Shown here: piece after piece, positions 58,580 through 64,000 of the stretch
Position numbering within the stretch: position 1 is the stretch's first letter
Layout of the letters: each line of letters opens with the position of its first letter
Translations under genes and position numbers: made by a program
Notes under the pieces: generated by a model
The model's database searches: none
What the model was told of the DNA's origin: nothing
What the model saw: the letters and a program-made list of their open reading frames with translations, nothing else
Assembly (NCBI GenBank): GCA_964640385.1
Contig: CAZXFL010000005.1
Location: 50,965 to 114,964, forward strand
Origin: an uncultured Actinomycetes bacterium
GTDB taxonomy: Bacteria; Actinomycetota; UBA4738; JBBDHU01
Length of the DNA: 64,000 nt
Direction: 5' to 3'

Positions 58580-60205
58580 CTACTTCCCGGAGAGCGCGCG
58601 GTCCTTCTTGATCGCGTTCGCGGCGTGCCAGCCGGGGATCCCGTTCACCCCGCCGCCGGCGTGGGTGCCCGACGACGCCTGATAGAGGCCCTTGATCGGT
58701 GAACGGAAGTCCGCGTAGCCCGGAGCGGGTCGCATGTGGAACAGCTGGTTCGCCGACAGTTCGCCGTGGAAGATGTTGCCGCCGATCAACCCGAGTTCCT
58801 GTTCCATCTCGTACGGACCGAGCACTTGGCGCGCGATGATCGAGTTCCTGAAGTTCGGCGCGAGATCGTTGTAGACGCCGATCGTGCGGTCCGCGTAGGC
58901 CTCCAGCTCGTCGGGCTTCGGATCGCTCGCCCACTCCTGCGGACACCACTGCGTGAACAGCGACATGATGTGCACGCCCTCCGGCGCCAACGTCTTGTCC
59001 ACGACCGTCGGGATCACCCCGTCGGAGAACGGCGCAGTCGCTCCGCGGCCCGACTTCGCGTCCTGGAACGCCCGCTCGACGTAGCGCGGTGAGAACGAGA
59101 GTTCGACCGATCCGGTCAGGTGGCGCGGGATGCTGCCATCGGATGGGTTCGGGTCGGCGGTGAAGTTCGGAAGCTCGCTGAGCGCCAGGTTGATCTTGAC
59201 GGTCCCCGACCGCGTCTTGAAGTTGCGGATGTCCTGGACGAAATCGGCCGGCAGGTCCTTCTCGTCGAGCTGCTCGAGGAACGTGATCTTCGGGTGCACA
59301 GCCGTGATGACGACCGATGCGGACAGCTCCTCTCCGCTCTCGAGCGTGACGCCGGTGACACGTCCATCCGTGGTCAGGACCTTCGCCACCGGCGCCTCCG
59401 TCCGGATCTTGGCCCCGAACGACTCGGCCGACCTTCGGAACGCGTCCGAAACGGCGCCCATGCCGCCTTCGGGGAACCCCCAATTCGACAGTTGGCCGTC
59501 GCCGATGTCGGTGATCGCGTGGTGGAGCAGCACGTAGGCGGTGCCCGGCTCGTCCGGACCGGCCCACGTGCCGATGACGCCGTCGACGGTCAGGACGCCC
59601 TTGAGTTCCTCGGACTCGAACCACTCGTCAAGGAAGTCGGTCAGCGACATCGTCATCATCCGGGTGAAGTCGGCGACGGTGCGCTGATCGATGTGCTTGC
59701 GGAGCTCCCACGCGAGGCGCCCCTGGTCCACCAGGTCCCCGAACTTCTTCGAGCCGACGTTCGGCGGCGTCCTGAGCAGGAGCGGTCCCAGGATGTCGGC
59801 CAGCTTCTCGAGCCAGGCGTCGTACTTCTCGATGTTGACCGCGTCCTTCTTGGAGAAGCGCTCGATGAACGGCTTGTTGACCTCGGTGAGCCCGCTCTCG
59901 AATGACAGCGAGCGCCCATCCGGCCACGCTTGGTACACAGGCCCCATCGGATGGATCTTGTAACCGTGGTCCTCGAGCCTCAGTTCACGCACCACCGACG
60001 GCGGGATCAGGCCCGACACGTAGGAGTAGGTGGTGACCTTGAAGTCGGGATGCTCGGGCCATGGCGTGCTGGTGTCGGCGGCGCCACCGGTCTTGTAGCG
60101 CTTCTCGAGAACGATGACGTTCGCGCCCGCCTTCGCCAGATAGGCCGCAGCGCACAGGCCGTTGTGCCCGCCGCCGATGATGATCACGTCGTACTGGTTG
60201 GCCAT
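58580..60205 (-). CDS. CrtI-like NAD(P)/FAD-dependent oxidoreductase (phytoene desaturase superfamily), paralog A
   Basis: 541 aa, starting at Met337 of ORF 58580..61213 (MANQYDVIIIGGGHNGLCAAAYLAKAGA, dinucleotide-binding motif). The upstream 336 aa of the ORF overlap paralog B and are an artefact. Confidence 0.8.
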   Translation of the reverse strand: MANQYDVIIIGGGHNGLCAAAYLAKAGANVIVLEKRYKTGGAADTSTPWPEHPDFKVTTYSYVSGLIPPSVVRELRLEDHGYKIHPMGPVYQAWPDGRSLSFESGLTEVNKPFIERFSKKDAVNIEKYDAWLEKLADILGPLLLRTPPNVGSKKFGDLVDQGRLAWELRKHIDQRTVADFTRMMTMSLTDFLDEWFESEELKGVLTVDGVIGTWAGPDEPGTAYVLLHHAITDIGDGQLSNWGFPEGGMGAVSDAFRRSAESFGAKIRTEAPVAKVLTTDGRVTGVTLESGEELSASVVITAVHPKITFLEQLDEKDLPADFVQDIRNFKTRSGTVKINLALSELPNFTADPNPSDGSIPRHLTGSVELSFSPRYVERAFQDAKSGRGATAPFSDGVIPTVVDKTLAPEGVHIMSLFTQWCPQEWASDPKPDELEAYADRTIGVYNDLAPNFRNSIIARQVLGPYEMEQELGLIGGNIFHGELSANQLFHMRPAPGYADFRSPIKGLYQASSGTHAGGGVNGIPGWHAANAIKKDRALSGK

Positions 60206-60288
60206 GTCGAGAAACATCCCTCCGGGTCGCCCCCACGGAACCCTAGCGGGGCCGTGTCCTGGCACGAGCGCCAGGCTGGCCCTCATGC

Positions 60289-61941
60289 CTAGTTGCTCGA
60301 GCGGACCTGCCCGTCCTTCTTCGCCTGGCGGAACGCCTGCCAGCCGGGGATCCCGTTGATGCCACCGCCGCCGTGCGTCGCACACGAGCCGTGGTACAGC
60401 CCCTTGATCGGCGTTCGGAAGTCGGCGTACCCGGGTGCCGGACGCATGTGGAACAGCTGGTCCACGGAGAGTTCGCCGTGGAAGATGTTCCCGCCCAGGA
60501 GTCCGACGCGCTGCTCCATGTCGTAGGGACCGATCACCTGGTAGTCCACGATCGAATCCTTGAAGTTCGGCGCCATGTCGTTGTATAGATCGAAGATCCG
60601 GTTCGCGTACGCATCCAGTTCTTCGGTGTGCGGCTCCTGGTTCCAGTCGTCCGGGCACCACTGCGTGAACATCGAGAAGTTGTGGATGCCGTTCTTCTTG
60701 TCGCCGAGGCCGTCCACCAGCGTGGTCGGGATCACGCCGTCCACGAACGGGGCGGTCGCCGCCTTGCGGTCCATGTGCGCGTCCTGGAACGCCCGCTCCG
60801 CGTACTCGGTCGAGAAGCACAGCTCGACCGACCCGGTCAGGTGCTCCGGGATCCCGTCGGCGTTCGTGTCGTTGTAGTCCTTCGCCGCCGTGAACTTCGG
60901 CAGCTCCGACATCGCGACGTTGACCTTCACAACGCCCGACCGGGTCTTCCAGTTCTCGATGTCCCGGACGAAATCGGGCGGCAGCTCGGCCCGTTCGATC
61001 AGGTCCAGGAACGCGATCTTGGGGTGGATGGAGGTGACGACGGTCGGCGCGGTGAGCTCCTCGCCGCCCTCGAGCACGACCCCGGTCACCCGGCCGTTCT
61101 GGGTCGTGATCTTCGAAACCCGAGCGTTGGTGCGAACCTCGCAGCCGAACGACTCGGCTGCATCGCGGAAACACTGGGACACGGCCCCCATGCCACCCTC
61201 CTGGAAACCCCAAGACCCGAGGTGGCCGTCGCCGACATCGCCGATCGAGTGGTGGAGCATGACGTACGCGGTTCCCGGCTCGTCCGGACCGGCCCAGGTT
61301 CCGATGACGCCGTTAACGGTCAGCATGCCCTTGACCGCGTCGGACTCGAACCATTCGTTGAGCAGATCCGACACCGACATCGTGAACAGCTTCGTCACGC
61401 TCGCGACCCCGCGCACGTCGAGGCCGCGCATCTTCCAGCCAGACTTGGCGGCGTCCAGGAGGTCACCCACCGACTTGGCTCCAAGCTTCGGAGGGACCTG
61501 CAGCAGCAGTGGCCCGAGGATGTCGGCGACGCCCTTCAGCCACTCCTCCCAGTCCTCCATCGCATCCGCGTCTTTCTTCGAGAACTGCGAGATGGACTCA
61601 CGGGACTTGCTCGCGTCGTCCGCGTACACCCGTACCGCACGACCGTCGGGGAACGCCTGGAAGTACGGGCCGAACGGGATGATGTTGTAGCCGAACCGCT
61701 TCAGCCCGAGGTCGTCGATGATCGTCGGCGGGACCAAGCTGACCACATACGAATAGGTCGTTACCTTCACGTCCGGATGGTTCGGGAACGGTGCCGATGT
61801 GTCGGCGGCTCCTCCGGTGTGGTCGCTCGCTTCCAGGACCACCGTGTTCGCGCCCGCACGCGCGAAGTAGGCGCCCGAGGTCAGTCCGTTGTGGCCGCCG
61901 CCGATGATGATCGCGTCGTACTGGTTCGCCATGGTCTCCAC
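60289..61941 (-). CDS. CrtI-like NAD(P)/FAD-dependent oxidoreductase, paralog B
   Basis: 550 aa from GTG (or 547 aa from the ATG at 61932). About 60% identical to paralog A. Confidence 0.8.
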   Translation of the reverse strand: METMANQYDAIIIGGGHNGLTSGAYFARAGANTVVLEASDHTGGAADTSAPFPNHPDVKVTTYSYVVSLVPPTIIDDLGLKRFGYNIIPFGPYFQAFPDGRAVRVYADDASKSRESISQFSKKDADAMEDWEEWLKGVADILGPLLLQVPPKLGAKSVGDLLDAAKSGWKMRGLDVRGVASVTKLFTMSVSDLLNEWFESDAVKGMLTVNGVIGTWAGPDEPGTAYVMLHHSIGDVGDGHLGSWGFQEGGMGAVSQCFRDAAESFGCEVRTNARVSKITTQNGRVTGVVLEGGEELTAPTVVTSIHPKIAFLDLIERAELPPDFVRDIENWKTRSGVVKVNVAMSELPKFTAAKDYNDTNADGIPEHLTGSVELCFSTEYAERAFQDAHMDRKAATAPFVDGVIPTTLVDGLGDKKNGIHNFSMFTQWCPDDWNQEPHTEELDAYANRIFDLYNDMAPNFKDSIVDYQVIGPYDMEQRVGLLGGNIFHGELSVDQLFHMRPAPGYADFRTPIKGLYHGSCATHGGGGINGIPGWQAFRQAKKDGQVRSSN

Positions 61942-62018
61942 TCTCCTCGCCGGTGCGCTCGGCCGGCATGGGCCCTTGGATCCCGGTCCGATCCCGGTGT
62001 CCGCCCTGCATCATGCCC

Positions 62019-62033
62019 GATGGTTGAACCATC
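62019..62033. promoter_or_regulatory. Palindrome GATGGTT-g-AACCATC in divergent CrtI-like / TetR intergenic region
   Basis: Perfect 7-bp inverted repeat about 80 nt upstream of paralog B start and about 120 nt upstream of the TetR ATG. Candidate TetR operator. Confidence 0.4.
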
Positions 62034-62071
62034 AGTCAAGTCCGGTCCCGCCCAGCCGGCGGAACACCCGT

Positions 62072-62099
62072 TTGACATGGCTGGGGAAAGCCGTAGAGT
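62072..62099 (+). promoter_or_regulatory. Putative sigma70/SigA-type promoter TTGACA-16-TAGAGT for TetR gene
   Basis: TTGACA at 62072-62077 with a 16-nt spacer and TAGAGT at 62094-62099. It lies about 50 nt upstream of the TetR ATG. Confidence 0.35.
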
Positions 62100-62149
62100 G
62101 GGCTGAACGAGCGTTCAAGGAACGCGGTGCGTGGTGGAGGTGCCTGGGC

Positions 62150-62770
62150 ATGGCCAAGGGACGACCCGACCGGCGGACCGAGATCCTGGAGGCGGCCGCC
62201 CGGGTCATCACCGAACGTGGTCTGGCCGAAACCCGGATCGCGGACGTCGCCGCCGACGCGGCCGTCTCGCCCGGACTGGTCATCTACTACTTCGAGACAA
62301 AGGATCGGCTCCTCGCCGAGGCGCTGGCGCAGCTCAACGACCGCTCCTACCTGCAGGTGTCCCGGGATCTCCGAGGCCTCACGTCTGCTCGCGAGCAGCT
62401 CGAACGACTCATCGACCTTTCGGTACCAGGGCTGCTGGGGGAAGAGGAAGACCGCCGCGAGGAATGGTCGCTCTGGGTGGAAGTGTGGGGGCGGGCGCTC
62501 CGCGACCCGGCGATGGCTCGGGAGCGCGAGGTCCTCGACCGCCGCTGGCGAGACTCCATCGCCACTGTCATCCGCGGCGGTCAAGGGTCGGGCGAGTTCC
62601 CATCGGGCGACGCCGACGACCAAGCCTTACGACTGGCCGGACTGATGGACGGCCTCGCGATCCAGGTAGTCCTCAACGACACGGTCGTTACTCCGGACCG
62701 GATGAAACGGACCTGCATGGAAGTCGCGGCCCGCGAGATCGGCTTCGAACACTCTCCCGCGATAGCCTGA
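62150..62770 (+). CDS. TetR/AcrR family transcriptional regulator
   Basis: Starts at Met88 of ORF 61889.. (MAKGRPDRRTEILEAAARVITERGLAETRIADVAADAAVSPGLVIYYF HTH). 206 aa. Confidence 0.85.
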   Translation: MAKGRPDRRTEILEAAARVITERGLAETRIADVAADAAVSPGLVIYYFETKDRLLAEALAQLNDRSYLQVSRDLRGLTSAREQLERLIDLSVPGLLGEEEDRREEWSLWVEVWGRALRDPAMAREREVLDRRWRDSIATVIRGGQGSGEFPSGDADDQALRLAGLMDGLAIQVVLNDTVVTPDRMKRTCMEVAAREIGFEHSPAIA

Positions 62771-63125
62771 CGGAAGGAACCGGAAAGACCCGCCTCCGTC
62801 AGCCGTCGTTCGTTCGCCTGTCAGGATGTCCCGGCGACGTTTCCCCAGTGAAGGGACGCCTTCTCCGAACGCCATCCGGCCGCGTTACCGAGGCTACCCG
62901 AGGCCGAGTAGGCCTACGATCGCCGACCGGGGGGCCACTCGACAGATCGTGGGTTGCGCGGCCGTTCAGGCTGTGATACTCAGACGCAGCCGGTGGTGCC
63001 CAACGCGCCGAGCAGCGGCCCTGGAGCAGGGTCCCTAAGGAACGTTCTCTACGAGGAGGGGCCACATGGCAGTGCACCCGCGCGAAGGCGGACGGAAGTA
63101 CCCATTCGGTCTCGGAGACAACCGG

Positions 63126-64000
63126 ATGAACCGGCGGGCCTTCTTGAGGACCACCGGACTCACCGCTGCGAGCATCCCGCTCGCGAGCGCGATCCTGGCG
63201 GCGTGCACGAAGAACACGGGAACCCAGGTCGGCGGCGCGGGGGGCGAGGTCCTCCAGAACCCGGCGCGGCCCGACAACCCGGTCACCCTTCCGACCGAGG
63301 GCAACCCCACGATCGCCGACGGCTTGAAGCCGGAAGCCGGCCCTCTCGAGCTCTACAACTGGGAGGAGTACATCAACCCGCGCATCATCAACATATTCGA
63401 GGAGCAGTACGGCGTGAAGGTGAACGTCAACACCTTCAACACCGAGCAGGAGTCGCTCGCGACCCTGACGACGGCCCCGGACATCAACTACGACGTGTTC
63501 TTCCCGACGACGAACATCCTGTCCAAGCTCGCGGTCACCAAGATCCTGATGCCGCTGAACAAGACCTACTTCCCGAACCTCGCAAACGTGTGGCAGGTGT
63601 ACCAGGGCACGGAAGCGGACACGCCGTTCTACGACGTCGGAGCCCAGTTCACGGTGCCCTACGTCGTCTACAGCACGGGCATCGCGTGGCGGATCGACCA
63701 GCCGCGCGGCTCGTCCATCAAGGGCCCGTCGCCGGACTCAGTGCCCAACATGGAGAACCCGTACGAGATCCTGTGGGACCCGACCTACAAGGGGAAGACC
63801 CACATCCTGGACGACTACCGCGAAGCCATCGGCATGATCCTGCTGAAGAACGGGGTCTACGACGTGAACACCGATGACTCATCCACCAGGTCGCAGAACC
63901 TGGCGACGGCCCAGCAACAGCTCGTCGAGCTGGTGAACGCGGTCGACGTCAAAGCCGATATCAGTGACTACACGGACCTCCCGGACGGCGCCTCGTTGAT
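63126..64000 (+). CDS. Polyamine-type ABC substrate-binding protein (PotD/PotF family), Tat-lipoprotein; 3'-truncated by window end
   Basis: It is absent from the ORF track because no stop codon falls inside the window, and was found by manual translation in the frame of the ATG at 63126 (MNRRAFLRTTGLTAASIPLASAILAAC...). It is clearly paralogous to CDS 51238..52509 (DVFFPT, YDDYREA, NPY..WDP blocks). An alternative upstream ATG at 63066 is in the same frame. Confidence 0.7.
   Translation, partial: MNRRAFLRTTGLTAASIPLASAILAACTKNTGTQVGGAGGEVLQNPARPDNPVTLPTEGNPTIADGLKPEAGPLELYNWEEYINPRIINIFEEQYGVKVNVNTFNTEQESLATLTTAPDINYDVFFPTTNILSKLAVTKILMPLNKTYFPNLANVWQVYQGTEADTPFYDVGAQFTVPYVVYSTGIAWRIDQPRGSSIKGPSPDSVPNMENPYEILWDPTYKGKTHILDDYREAIGMILLKNGVYDVNTDDSSTRSQNLATAQQQLVELVNAVDVKADISDYTDLPDGASL

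Noticed and set aside
62990-63060. GAACGTTC-containing sequence (AAGGAACGTTCTCT) upstream of the second SBP gene as a third copy of the TTAGAAC/GTTCTAA operator
   Set aside because: Only the central GAAC/GTTC core is shared and the flanks do not form the same palindrome. This is too weak to call.
62954-63877. 307-aa ORF-track ORF in frame 2 across the terminal region
   Set aside because: Its Arg/Pro/Gly-rich translation is a shadow of the real, stop-less SBP gene in the frame of the ATG at 63126, which shows clear paralogy to CDS 51238..52509.
1-64000. CRISPR arrays, rRNA or tRNA genes, transposases or integrases
   Set aside because: No spaced direct-repeat arrays, no rRNA-like conserved stretches and no DDE/tyrosine-recombinase-like ORFs were seen. 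The only tandem DNA repeats are short coding low-complexity runs (Gly-Asn and Ser-Pro linkers).

Overview
This is a high-GC (roughly 68-70%) segment of an actinobacterium-like chromosome, with high coding density and many 4-nt ATGA/GTGA start-stop overlaps. Many of the ORF-track ORFs are over-extended at the 5' end, and the interior starts given below were chosen from homology-plausible N-termini and RBS context. Independent line-indexing of minus-strand starts disagreed with the ORF-track frame by 1 nt several times between about 43 kb and 60 kb; the source was not resolved. CDS coordinates follow ORF-track frame arithmetic, and the small motif coordinates (operators, hairpins, promoters) come from the less reliable line indexing and may be off by 1-2 nt.

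Content from start to end:
- A cell-envelope block: PGRP-type amidase, HdeD-like protein, the DUF2017-ClpS pair, a P-type cation ATPase and a pentapeptide-repeat lipoprotein.
- A lower-GC islet (about 6.1-8.3 kb) carrying an HNH (type IV restriction-like) nuclease, a divergent small protein with a PD-(D/E)xK-like motif, and two small acidic ORFs just downstream of a secreted SNase/Excalibur nuclease.
- A ZIP metal transporter, a VapBC toxin-antitoxin pair, two tandem GH25 muramidases and an M15 peptidase translationally coupled to a bifunctional homocysteine methyltransferase/MTHFR (YitJ-like).
- A large multi-PAS histidine kinase in an operon with a polysaccharide deacetylase and a secreted coiled-coil protein.
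- An LLM-class oxidoreductase, a polyprenyl synthase, and a Tat-secreted tyrosinase followed by a PBP4 carboxypeptidase and a large RTX/Calx-beta protein.
- A complete ilvBNC-leuA-leuB-cimA supercluster with an upstream leader-peptide attenuator, and a separate ilvD-thrC operon.
- An amine/polyamine-type catabolic neighbourhood: DAO-family FAD oxidoreductase, PLP Ser/Thr-dehydratase-like enzyme, GbcA-like Rieske oxygenase, acyl-CoA dehydrogenase, NDP-forming acyl-CoA synthetase, two tandem CrtI-like flavoenzymes and two orphan Tat-lipoprotein solute-binding proteins, with two TetR and one Lrp regulator.

The candidates most worth follow-up are the ilvB leader-peptide attenuator, a palindrome shared by two promoter regions around a TetR gene, the low-GC HNH/PD-(D/E)xK islet, and an unusual Clp_N x2 + MshEN (T2SSE_N) fusion protein. 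No rRNA, tRNA or CRISPR array was found.
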